Positions 1 to 8,032 of a stretch of 64,000 nt of DNA are shown here, piece after piece. Under the pieces are notes generated by a model that searched no databases, was not told where the DNA came from, and was given only the letters and a program-made list of their open reading frames with translations. Position numbers and translations under genes: made by a program. Numbering within the stretch: the first letter of the stretch is position 1; each line of letters begins with the position of its first letter. The stretch is from Nanobdellota archaeon (GTDB taxonomy: Archaea; Nanobdellota; Nanobdellia; Woesearchaeales; GW2011-AR4), in contig JBBSWH010000001.1 of NCBI GenBank assembly GCA_038046385.1, positions 39,382-103,381 of the forward strand, read 5' to 3'.

Positions 1-967
1 CTGTTACCATCACTTCAATATGCTTCCCTAGTTTTTTGCCTATGACTTCAAACTGTTTTTTTAAGTGGAGTGCTTCTTTTTTTGTTTTTACTTTTGCGCC
101 TTTTCCTGTTGGAATGTCAATCAAAATATGCGTGCTTGAGACAGAATGCTTCTTTGCCATTATTGACGCAAGCAATTGACTCTCTGCATCAATTTCCAAT
201 GGCTTTTCAACGGCTATTATTTTGTCGTCAGCAGGCGCCAAGTTCAAAGAGCCGCCCCAGACAATGCAGCCCTTTACCTTCAGAACTATTTTTTTCATTT
301 TTTCTATCGGGAAAGTTACATTTGCAAGAACTTCCATGGTGTCTGCTGTTCCTGCCGGGCTTGTTATTGAACGGGAGCTTGTTTTTGGTATATAGAAACC
401 CGCCGCTGCAATTATCGGAACAATAACCATTGTCGTTCTGTTGCCAGGAATTCCGCCGATGCAGTGCTTGTCAACTACAGGGTATTTTCCTATTTTCAAA
501 ACCTCTCCGTGCTCCACCATGGATTTTGTAAGAAGTATTGTCTCTTTTGGCGTCATGACATTTGTGTAGCACGCTGCGACAAAATATGTTAGTTCAATGG
601 AGCTTAATTTGTTGTGCACAATATCCCAAACAATCTGGTCTATTTCTTTTTTTGACAGAATTCCTCCGTCTAACTTTTTTCTTATGAACTCTATTGAAAG
701 CGGCTTTTTTGCTATCTTGATTTCAACATGGTCGTTGTTTTTTATCTTTAACGACTTCATAACTTCGTCAAAAAGGCCTACGCAGCCCTGTTTTATCACC
801 TTGCTGTTTTGCGCTATGTCAACAACAACAGTTTCTATTTTATTGCCTTTGATTATTTTTACCCTGTCCATCAAATGCAAATCGAGAAGTTCAGCATCGT
901 GCTTATTGAAGACTGCAACAAGCGTCACTCCGCTTGAAATGTCCATATCTTTTACTTTTAGCTTCAT
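1..967 (-). CDS. AMP phosphorylase (thymidine phosphorylase family), 5' part; 3' end lies beyond the window start
   Basis: Absent from ORF track because it runs off the window. Manual minus-strand translation from ATG at 967 gives MKLKVKDMDISSGVTLVAVFNKHDAELL..., with DKHCIGGIPGNRTT, TSSRSITSPAGTADTME and IDIPTGKGAKV motifs. Confidence 0.8.
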   Translation of the reverse strand, partial: MKLKVKDMDISSGVTLVAVFNKHDAELLDLHLMDRVKIIKGNKIETVVVDIAQNSKVIKQGCVGLFDEVMKSLKIKNNDHVEIKIAKKPLSIEFIRKKLDGGILSKKEIDQIVWDIVHNKLSSIELTYFVAACYTNVMTPKETILLTKSMVEHGEVLKIGKYPVVDKHCIGGIPGNRTTMVIVPIIAAAGFYIPKTSSRSITSPAGTADTMEVLANVTFPIEKMKKIVLKVKGCIVWGGSLNLAPADDKIIAVEKPLEIDAESQLLASIMAKKHSVSSTHILIDIPTGKGAKVKTKKEALHLKKQFEVIGKKLGKHIEVMVT

Positions 968-1007
968 GTTGTAAACTCCCGGATAGGTTATTTATTAATT
1001 CTTTGAT

Positions 1008-1979
1008 TTAGAAATATTCCTTCAATTCTGTTTTTTCATCTTCGTATATCTCGACAAAGGTCATGAGCAGCGAGAGAATCACAGGACCCAACAAAAGACC
1101 GAGGATGCCAAAAAGGTTTAACCCACCAAGCACGCCGATAAGCACGAGGATAGGGTGGACATCTGCTTTTGTGCCTATAATCTTTGGCTTTATTATGTTG
1201 TCAATGCTGCTTATGATTATAATTCCATAAACTAGCAGGAGAACTCCTTTTATTATCGGCGTGTTGTCGTTTTGCAAATATCCAGTAAATATAAGGTTAA
1301 GTGCGGCAGGAAGCCATATAATTGCAGTTCCGAAATAAGGAATCAAGGCAAAGATAATCATGACAAATCCCCACAAGATGGGGGAGTGAACCCCTAGCAA
1401 AAAGAAACCTATTCCGCCAAGAATGCCCTGTATGACTGCAACAAAGATGTTGACGTAAAACACAGCATAGGTTATATTATGAAATCTTTCAAAAACATTC
1501 TGCTTGTGATGGCCTTTTAACGGGAGTATACTCTTTATCCTTTTTGATATTGCTTCCCCGTCCTTGAGAAGATAATAAACAACAAACATCATGACAAAAA
1601 TATTGAGCATTATTGCCGGTATAGACGATATGAACTGCGAGAAGCTGTCAAGTATGAAAACCGTTATTTTTCTTATTGAAGACTGCACGTAATAATCAAG
1701 GTCATTCTGCGGAAGAAAACCTACAACTGTTTTTATGTTTTGGCATGACCATGAATCCTGATCGCTGCACACCACATTGATGAAGTTTGTCCCAAGCTTT
1801 TGCTGGTTTAATGTTTTGTATGTTGCGTAAGCTTCTTTGGATACTAGGCCAAAAACAACTATGAACGGGACGGTAATCAAAAGGACTAACAGGAATGCAA
1901 TAAGACCTGCCGTAATCACTTTATTTTTTATCTGGACCAACATTTTTTGGTATACTGGGTAGGCAAGGTATGCAAGCAT
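1008..1979 (-). CDS. AI-2E family (PerM/UPF0118) transporter
   Basis: 323-aa multi-TM ORF with the C-terminal KPKIIG..HP..VLIGVLGG..LFGILGLLLGP pattern of AI-2E transporters. The frame stays open 44 codons upstream; probable non-ATG start at 2090. Confidence 0.8.
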   Translation of the reverse strand: MLAYLAYPVYQKMLVQIKNKVITAGLIAFLLVLLITVPFIVVFGLVSKEAYATYKTLNQQKLGTNFINVVCSDQDSWSCQNIKTVVGFLPQNDLDYYVQSSIRKITVFILDSFSQFISSIPAIMLNIFVMMFVVYYLLKDGEAISKRIKSILPLKGHHKQNVFERFHNITYAVFYVNIFVAVIQGILGGIGFFLLGVHSPILWGFVMIIFALIPYFGTAIIWLPAALNLIFTGYLQNDNTPIIKGVLLLVYGIIIISSIDNIIKPKIIGTKADVHPILVLIGVLGGLNLFGILGLLLGPVILSLLMTFVEIYEDEKTELKEYF

Positions 1980-2140
1980 TGCCCCGGATGCAAAAGTTGC
2001 AAGGAACGGCTTTGTTATGAAGAATGCAAGCGCAATTATTGCGAGGAATAAAAGCGAGAAAAATATTTTAGGATACAGATTAGACTTGATTGTTTCACCC
2101 TTTTTATTGCTTTAATGGATACAAATTAAGTTTTTAATTC

Positions 2141-2218
2141 TGTTCGCTTCGCTCACAATAGTTAGTGCTCGGGTTTCGCTCGATGCCAGTCGCTCAACCC
2201 TCGCTTATTTATTATAAT
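2141..2218. repeat. GCGAAGC-hairpin intergenic repeat, copy 1
   Basis: gttcgcttcgctcacaata...gggtt-N20-aaccc...ctcgcttatttattataa; alignable by eye to 20464-20540 and 18158-18215. Confidence 0.6.
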
Positions 2219-2239
2219 GCTCAATTAACAAATGATTAA

Positions 2240-2350
2240 TGATAATGAATGGGCCTGACAGATGTGAACCAACCCTTTTGTGAGTTGACGACAAATATCA
2301 TGTGCCATTTTTAATGGCACGACCCGAATATGATAATGAATGGGCCTGAC
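2240..2350. mobile_element. Two-hairpin mini-insertion (71 bp) flanked by a 20-bp direct repeat duplicating the tRNA-Val 3' end
   Basis: tgataatgaatgggcctgac at 2240-2259 and 2331-2350; internal hairpin gtgccat/atggcac; core homologous to 4 other loci. Confidence 0.75.
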
Positions 2351-2454
2351 CAGATTTGAACTGGTGGCCTTCACCGTGTCGAGGTGACGTCATTTGCCGC
2401 CCGCAAACTCAGCAAATGCTTAATTTGCGCGGTACCGGACTAGACCACAGGCCC
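2341..2454 (-). tRNA. tRNA-Val(GAC), tentative, with ~41-nt intron in the D-loop
   Basis: Acceptor GGGCCTG/CAGGCCC+A, T-arm ACCAG-TTCAAAT-CTGGT, anticodon arm TCACC-TCGACAC-GGTGA. D-arm halves GTCTAGTCCGGT and ATGACG are separated by an insert with CCGCGCAAA/TTTGCGGGCGG pairing. Confidence 0.7.
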
Positions 2455-2591
2455 TTAATGAATGAGACCAATGCGGTGTTTTTATACCTTTCTAAGCCCA
2501 GATGAACATTTTTGGGAATATCTGTATAAATAGGTTTCTACATGGAAAGGCTTTTATATTTTGAAATGATTTACTGCAATGGGTGGTTTAA

Positions 2592-3254
2592 ATGAAAACA
2601 AAATTAATTTTTGTTATGATTTTTGTATTAATATTGGCTTCTGCATGCGCAACCCAAGTTCAGGTTACGCAGCCTGCAGAAAAAACTGTTGTAAAGGATC
2701 CTGTTAAGCCTGATGTTTCAGTCCAGCCGGTGTTTCCTGTCCCGAAAAATATACCTTCTGAGATAAGGGAATTGTTTGTCAAGGCTGAGACAAGGGCAGA
2801 AAGCGCCTCTTATCTGTATCAGGGGCCGGAAACAGGAAATGACATTTCCCAGTTTTATGTAAAGGGGGACAAAATAAGGCATATTCCTTCAAGAAATTTA
2901 AAATCGCTGGACAAGCCGGAATCTTTTGACTCAATCTTCATAGACAAGGCTGCAAAAACAGCTAAGTCTTATTGTGTTGATCCTACTTGCAAATACAAGG
3001 GGCTGAAAGCAGAGCTGGATTATGAAGCGTACTATGTTCCAACAATATTTGACTGGGCTGATTTTAATTCTGCAGAGAAGATAACGGAAGAGCAGATTGA
3101 AAGGCGTGCAACGTGGGTTGTAAAGACCGACAAGGGAACTTTGTGGATTGACACTTATTACGGAGTTCCGCTTAAAGTTGACGCTGATGGAGCTATTTAC
3201 AAGTACCAGCAGGTTAATTTCAATGCAGTTAAGGATTCTGACGTGAATCCTTGA
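2592..3254 (+). CDS. Secreted lipoprotein-like protein, unknown function
   Basis: 220-aa ORF; N-terminal signal with lipobox-like LASAC; SD ggtgg upstream. Confidence 0.65.
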   Translation: MKTKLIFVMIFVLILASACATQVQVTQPAEKTVVKDPVKPDVSVQPVFPVPKNIPSEIRELFVKAETRAESASYLYQGPETGNDISQFYVKGDKIRHIPSRNLKSLDKPESFDSIFIDKAAKTAKSYCVDPTCKYKGLKAELDYEAYYVPTIFDWADFNSAEKITEEQIERRATWVVKTDKGTLWIDTYYGVPLKVDADGAIYKYQQVNFNAVKDSDVNP

Positions 3255-3263
3255 TTTTTTTGT

Positions 3264-3671
3264 TTAAATTCGTTTAGTTTTGAAGAGTCTTATGATGTCT
3301 TTCTTAAACGCTAAAATCCAGATAGAAATTGAGTATATGATGAGTTGAGTTATATAAATCAGATAATCCGTGCCATACCCTTTCTGTAAGCCTGACCAGA
3401 GCGTACCACCTATTAAAATGAATAAGCTAAAACTGATATGAAGAATCAAAACACATAGAAGCAAAATAATAGTCAGGCGAGCCCAGTTTTTGAAATGCCA
3501 AAGTCCATAACCGATAATAGCAGGCAAAATCCCCATGAAGAGAGAGATGCTACCTACCGGCGTATCCCCAGAGATAATGATACGTATCCCGTCAAACACA
3601 GCAAGAATTGTTCCGATGAAAGTCAGCACTGATATTATGCGAACGATTTTACGCGCAGTTGATTGTTCCAT
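3264..3671 (-). CDS. Membrane protein, 4 predicted TM
   Basis: 135-aa hydrophobic ORF. Confidence 0.55.
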   Translation of the reverse strand: MEQSTARKIVRIISVLTFIGTILAVFDGIRIIISGDTPVGSISLFMGILPAIIGYGLWHFKNWARLTIILLLCVLILHISFSLFILIGGTLWSGLQKGYGTDYLIYITQLIIYSISIWILAFKKDIIRLFKTKRI

Positions 3672-3752
3672 TGTTTTATAATTAATGCTCTTCTGGCATC
3701 ATGGAATATATAAAGTTTTTGTATTGGCTCAAAAATTTATTTTAAGAAATAA

Positions 3753-4142
3753 TCAAGTAGTAACTTTAGTCTGCTCCACTTTCTTCCACAAAAAGTATGA
3801 TGCAAACATCACTGCAAGGAATATCAGCGGCATAAGTGTTGCAAACATTCCGTCTCCTACAAAGTAGAACGATGCAGATGCTCCGATAATGTCAATGGTG
3901 AATCCTGCATAGGCCCATTCCTTTATTATTTTGAATTTCCACTGAATTATTGCAATTGCTCCTAAGATTTTTGCAACACCTATGATTGTGTTGACATACA
4001 TCGGATAGCCAAGGTGCTTCATTATTTCCACTCCTTGCGGTATCTGCATTATCTCAGATATTCCGGAATAGAGCATGAACAATGCGAACAGTACAGTCAC
4101 AAACCAATAAAGAATTTTGATTATTCTTGGCTTCATTTTCAA
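3753..4142 (-). CDS. DoxX-like membrane protein
   Basis: 129-aa ORF with 4 TM and a DoxX_2-like layout (recognised by eye). Confidence 0.55.
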   Translation of the reverse strand: MKMKPRIIKILYWFVTVLFALFMLYSGISEIMQIPQGVEIMKHLGYPMYVNTIIGVAKILGAIAIIQWKFKIIKEWAYAGFTIDIIGASASFYFVGDGMFATLMPLIFLAVMFASYFLWKKVEQTKVTT

Positions 4143-4195
4143 AAGTTTGATTATGGCGGTATTTATAGATTGCTAAAAAATAAATAGTAGATTCA

Positions 4196-4843
4196 CTATT
4201 TATGCCTTTTTTTCTTAAACTTTATTGTATGTATGTTCCATTGCTTTGAATGACTTTTAATTAATTTGAATTCTTCAAGAAGCGGTCTAATCCTATCCTG
4301 CCTACTTTTTAAAAAAGACTCAATTTTATCGTCGAATTCTTCATCATTATTAGTATTCCATCCAAACTTATATGAAAAATGATGCTTTCTTGCATAATAA
4401 TTTAGCCTATTAAATGTTTCAAATTTAAAATATAACAAAGTTCTACCGTCTTTTAATGTTATCTCTCTAAATTTTTGAGTTGCTAAATCCTTAATTCGTT
4501 TCATCCCAATTTTGTTATTTTCTGGAATATATAAAACTAAAAATGAATTTTCTGGATAATATTTAAAATAGTTAAGCAAAAGCTCTTTGTCTATAATGAA
4601 CTCTCTATCTCTTGAAATTATCAACGATTTTATTTCCACGTAAAAAGTTTGTTCATTAAAGGAATCATACAATTTTAAATCTGGAGAATAAATATCTCTT
4701 GCAGAGATGTTTTCAATAAAGTGTTTCCTATGTTCAACTCCAACAAAATTCACTTCAAAACCCATGTCCTTAAAAAGTTCACAAACTATTTTTTCACCCT
4801 CCTTTCCATATTTATATTCAATTGAATCAGGTATCTCAGTCAT
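4196..4843 (-). CDS. PD-(D/E)xK nuclease-fold protein (restriction endonuclease-like)
   Basis: Start moved to Met41 (MTEIPDSIEYKYG), because the longer ORF overlaps the tRNA. GKEGEKIV..GF.V, SPD and YVEIKS motifs form a D...E-x-K triad. Confidence 0.55.
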   Translation of the reverse strand: MTEIPDSIEYKYGKEGEKIVCELFKDMGFEVNFVGVEHRKHFIENISARDIYSPDLKLYDSFNEQTFYVEIKSLIISRDREFIIDKELLLNYFKYYPENSFLVLYIPENNKIGMKRIKDLATQKFREITLKDGRTLLYFKFETFNRLNYYARKHHFSYKFGWNTNNDEEFDDKIESFLKSRQDRIRPLLEEFKLIKSHSKQWNIHTIKFKKKRHK

Positions 4844-4904
4844 ATTGATAATTAAACTAATTGACTTTTTTAATCTTTTTAATATAGCTAGAAAATAATA
4901 AAAA

Positions 4905-5023
4905 AGCCTCTGATGGGAATTGCACCCACGACCTTTGCCTTTTAGGCTAGCATATGGTACCAAGGCTTCGCGGATTAAAAGAATACTTCCAATCTAACGC
5001 AATGGCTACTATGCTACAGAGGC
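4905..5023 (-). tRNA. Intron-containing tRNA, isotype unresolved
   Basis: Acceptor GCCTCTG/CAGAGGC, T-arm GTGGG-TGCAATT-CCCAT, D-arm GCAT..TTGC. It is 119 nt, so ~45 nt are extra. Candidate anticodon loops read GGA or UGG, but I could not close the anticodon stem by hand. Confidence 0.55.
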
Positions 5024-5087
5024 ATATTAATACAGAAAATTGCCCCATATTTAAATTTAATCAATAAAACAAAAAATAAAAAACCCC

Positions 5088-5405
5088 CTACTTCTTCACA
5101 ACCTTTTCTTCCTTAAGCACTTTCTTTGCTATCCAGAAAACCACAAGCGCGATTATCACAAAATTCAGCAATGCAGCGACAAATGCGCCCCACTTCAGAA
5201 CTACCGGGCCTAAGTTTAGAGTTGCTTCCTGCCATGCTCCTCCGGGTATGAACGGGGTTATCAGCGGCATTATTATATTATCAACAAGCGATTTGACCAA
5301 TGCAGTTATGGCTACGCCCATTATGAATGCGACAGCCAATCCCATCACCTTATACTCTTGCAAAAATTCCTGAAATTCTTTTATCATCTGCATAAAACCA
5401 CCCAT
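5088..5405 (-). CDS. mscL: Large-conductance mechanosensitive channel MscL
   Basis: MIKEFQEFL..GLAVAFIMGVA...IIMPLI..., 2 TM and a basic C-terminus; true start probably Met7. Confidence 0.85.
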   Translation of the reverse strand: MGGFMQMIKEFQEFLQEYKVMGLAVAFIMGVAITALVKSLVDNIIMPLITPFIPGGAWQEATLNLGPVVLKWGAFVAALLNFVIIALVVFWIAKKVLKEEKVVKK

Positions 5406-5483
5406 TTATTAGATTAAATCCAATTAATTTAAATCTTTTTATTGGCAAATATTATATACTTGCATCCCAAATAAAAAAAATAA

Positions 5484-7277
5484 ATGGTATTTTCAGTTCA
5501 GATAGGCTTAATTATATTGTTCTCTTTGGTAGGGAGCCTTCTCGCGTCAAGGTTCAGGCAGCCGACTGTTATAGGGCTGCTTATAGCAGGGGCAATCGTC
5601 GGGCCGCATGCCCTTGGGATTGTGAACGATCCCGAAATTGTCGAAAGCGCAATAGAGCTCGGGGCAATCCTGCTGCTGTTCACCATAGGAATAGAATTCA
5701 GCATAAAAAACATATTGAATCTGGGGGCGAGGGCTGTTTTGATAGGGGCAATAAAAATAAGCATCGTGCTTCTCCTTTCTTATTATGCTGCGCTTTTTAT
5801 GGGAGCGAGCGGCCTAGAGGCGATTTTTTTCGGAATAATCCTTTCAATAACGAGCACAGTCATAGTAATAAAAGTAATGGAGCAGAAAGGGCTTGCAAAA
5901 AAAGAGGAGCTTCCGCTTTTGATAACAATCCTCATCCTCGAGGACATTTTCGGTGTTTTTGCACTTGCATTTATTTCCGGGCTCAATACGCATGCAGACC
6001 TGAATCCGATAGGAATACTTACGAAACTTGCAGTATCCCTTGCCCTGCTGGTATTCACTTATCTTATTTTACAGAGATTAGCGGGGCGCGCTTTCAACTG
6101 GATTGCAAAATACAGCTCCGAAGACACTGCAACATTTACTTCACTGAGCCTTTGCGGAATAATGGCATATGTTGCAACGCTTCTTAGCCTGTCGCCTTCT
6201 GTGGGGGCTTTCCTTGCCGGCAACATAATAGCATCTTTTCCAAATTCAAAATCATTCGAGAAAGCAATACACCCTTTTCTTTTGACATTCACTTCCCTTT
6301 TCTTTTTTTCAGTAGGCACAGCGGTGAACTTTGCTTCAATAATCTTTGAATTTAGGCTCATACTTGTGCTGTTTGCGGTAAGCGTAATTGTGAAATTCAT
6401 CACCATAGGGGCCGGCAGCTACATCTTCACAAATTTCAACGGAAAGCAGGCGGCTTTTAGCGGAATTGCAATGATATCCATCGGGGAATTTTCGCTGCTG
6501 ATAGCAAAAGAGGCTAATGCTGTGGGAAGCAGCATGGATTTTGTCAGCATAACTGCCTCGATAATACTTCTTTCGACAATAACCATGTCTCTGATGATAA
6601 GCAATACCGGCAGCGTATACAGGCTGACAACACGGCTCATTCCAAAAAAGATGAGGGAGAACATGGATATAACTTCAAAATACATAAACAGCATATCTTG
6701 GGCGATGGTAAGGGACAGGGTCAACCTTGGAAAAATAAAATCCGAGTTCTATAAGATACTGAACAACATGACCTTCGTTTTCGTGTTCATAGCCCTGGTG
6801 CTTTTTTTATGGAGATACTTCCATGTTGCAATCAGCAGCCTGCTCAGGAATGACTATGCCACATATTTCACTGTTATTGCCATTGTAGCCATACTCTACA
6901 TACCGGTATCAAGAATAATAAAAAATGCAGCCCATTTAAACAAGGACCTCTTCCGGTTTTTTGTAAAGATATCCCCAAAGGAGCTTCAGTTTGATACAAA
7001 AATTTTCAGGAAGATAAGGATACTCTCCCTTTTGTTCATAGCCATGATAGTGTTTCCCCAGGTATTCCTTTTTTTCAGGATACCTGTCATCTACAATGCG
7101 CTGGTGGTATTAATCTTCTTAATAATAACATTCAATGCCCTGATGGCATCCAATATGATACACGATGTAGTGCACAAGCACGAGAAGGATTTTGGAAAAT
7201 CCGACAAGGGATATGTTGCCATACTGAAGAAAAAGATGAAGAAAGTCGAGAAGGAAAGGATATTCGAAGAGAATTAA
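5484..7277 (+). CDS. Cation:proton antiporter (CPA2/Kef-type Na+/H+ exchanger family) with C-terminal extension
   Basis: 597-aa ORF, about 13 TM, N-terminal ..VIGLLIAGAIVGPHALGIV.. pattern. Confidence 0.8.
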   Translation: MVFSVQIGLIILFSLVGSLLASRFRQPTVIGLLIAGAIVGPHALGIVNDPEIVESAIELGAILLLFTIGIEFSIKNILNLGARAVLIGAIKISIVLLLSYYAALFMGASGLEAIFFGIILSITSTVIVIKVMEQKGLAKKEELPLLITILILEDIFGVFALAFISGLNTHADLNPIGILTKLAVSLALLVFTYLILQRLAGRAFNWIAKYSSEDTATFTSLSLCGIMAYVATLLSLSPSVGAFLAGNIIASFPNSKSFEKAIHPFLLTFTSLFFFSVGTAVNFASIIFEFRLILVLFAVSVIVKFITIGAGSYIFTNFNGKQAAFSGIAMISIGEFSLLIAKEANAVGSSMDFVSITASIILLSTITMSLMISNTGSVYRLTTRLIPKKMRENMDITSKYINSISWAMVRDRVNLGKIKSEFYKILNNMTFVFVFIALVLFLWRYFHVAISSLLRNDYATYFTVIAIVAILYIPVSRIIKNAAHLNKDLFRFFVKISPKELQFDTKIFRKIRILSLLFIAMIVFPQVFLFFRIPVIYNALVVLIFLIITFNALMASNMIHDVVHKHEKDFGKSDKGYVAILKKKMKKVEKERIFEEN

Positions 7278-7292
7278 GGATTTTTCTGGTGG

Positions 7293-7414
7293 AATATAAA
7301 TGCGGGGAACTGATGCGCCCCAACCTTTTCTTATATAAGAAAAGCTTGACCAAAAGAAGTATGCTACGCAGTTGTGAGGTAAACCTCACTAAAGAAAATA
7401 TAATGCGGGGGAAG
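7293..7414. mobile_element. Two-hairpin mini-insertion plus relic 3' end of tRNA-Leu(UAA), the displaced original tRNA flank
   Basis: aatataaatgcgggg (7293-7307) vs aatataatgcgggg (7397-7410). The core 7316-7392 aligns along its length with the reverse complement of 40129-40214. tgcgggggaag (7404-7414) equals the last 11 nt of the tRNA at 16760-16770. Confidence 0.7.
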
Positions 7415-7493
7415 CACATTCCGCCCCTATTAGAATGCGTATCTTAAATTCCCTTTCTTATTTATATATCTTTTCATGTTACGTAGGGTGCTT

Positions 7494-7967
7494 TTAGTAT
7501 TTTTTGAGTATAGAGAGAATTTCTTCAACTTTTCTACTCCTCTCTAAAGAATCATTTTTTTGCTCTGGCAATAGATTTTGAAATATAACAATCATAGAAT
7601 TAGAAAGAATAAGCATATTGGAAAGGATAGTCTCCATTTCTTCAATGGTAGGGATATTTTTACGCATTAAGAAGAACCTCTTTTTATGTAAGTATTTGTA
7701 CTCTATATTCAGATGTGCCCAAATTTTTCTTAAGTTTTTTTGTATATCTATAACTTCTTTAAAAAATTCATTAGATATAACTTCTTTGATAAACATGTTT
7801 GTAAGTATACTTTTCCTAAACATTAGCTCTGTCTGTAACTTATTCAAACTTTCTTTAAATTTATAATATGGCTTAATCATAAACTGGTTAAGAAGCTCTC
7901 CAGTTATGTATACTACCACTCCCCCTATAATTGTTAGTGAAGCCGTTAAAAATTCTGATTCATACAT
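7494..7967 (-). CDS. Hypothetical protein, N-terminal TM plus helical domain
   Basis: 157-aa ORF in the integrated element. Confidence 0.5.
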   Translation of the reverse strand: MYESEFLTASLTIIGGVVVYITGELLNQFMIKPYYKFKESLNKLQTELMFRKSILTNMFIKEVISNEFFKEVIDIQKNLRKIWAHLNIEYKYLHKKRFFLMRKNIPTIEEMETILSNMLILSNSMIVIFQNLLPEQKNDSLERSRKVEEILSILKKY

Positions 7968-8032
7968 ATCTTAAAAAGTTACTAAGATTTATTAATAAGC
8001 TTTCCTCTAATTAGTGTCTTCTTAAGAATTAA

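Noticed and set aside
70-974. Plus-strand ORFs 70-426, 176-370 and 597-974
   Set aside because: Low-complexity Leu/Phe/Ser-rich translations antisense to the well-supported minus-strand AMP phosphorylase frame.
2260-2330. The stranded tRNA 3'-end copies as split-tRNA 3' halves (Nanoarchaeum style)
   Set aside because: The T-arm-like segments do not form a 5-bp stem and no complementary leader or 5'-half partner is seen. Each adjacent tRNA is already complete. The same core also occurs at a protein-gene start.
4844-4963. N-terminal 40-codon extension of the 4196-4963 ORF
   Set aside because: It runs into the tRNA gene at 4905-5023. The internal Met41 start gives a compact PD-(D/E)xK protein.
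5498-6724. Four minus-strand ORFs inside the antiporter gene
   Set aside because: Antisense shadows of a 597-aa transporter ORF; no motifs, and composition typical of reverse-frame translation.
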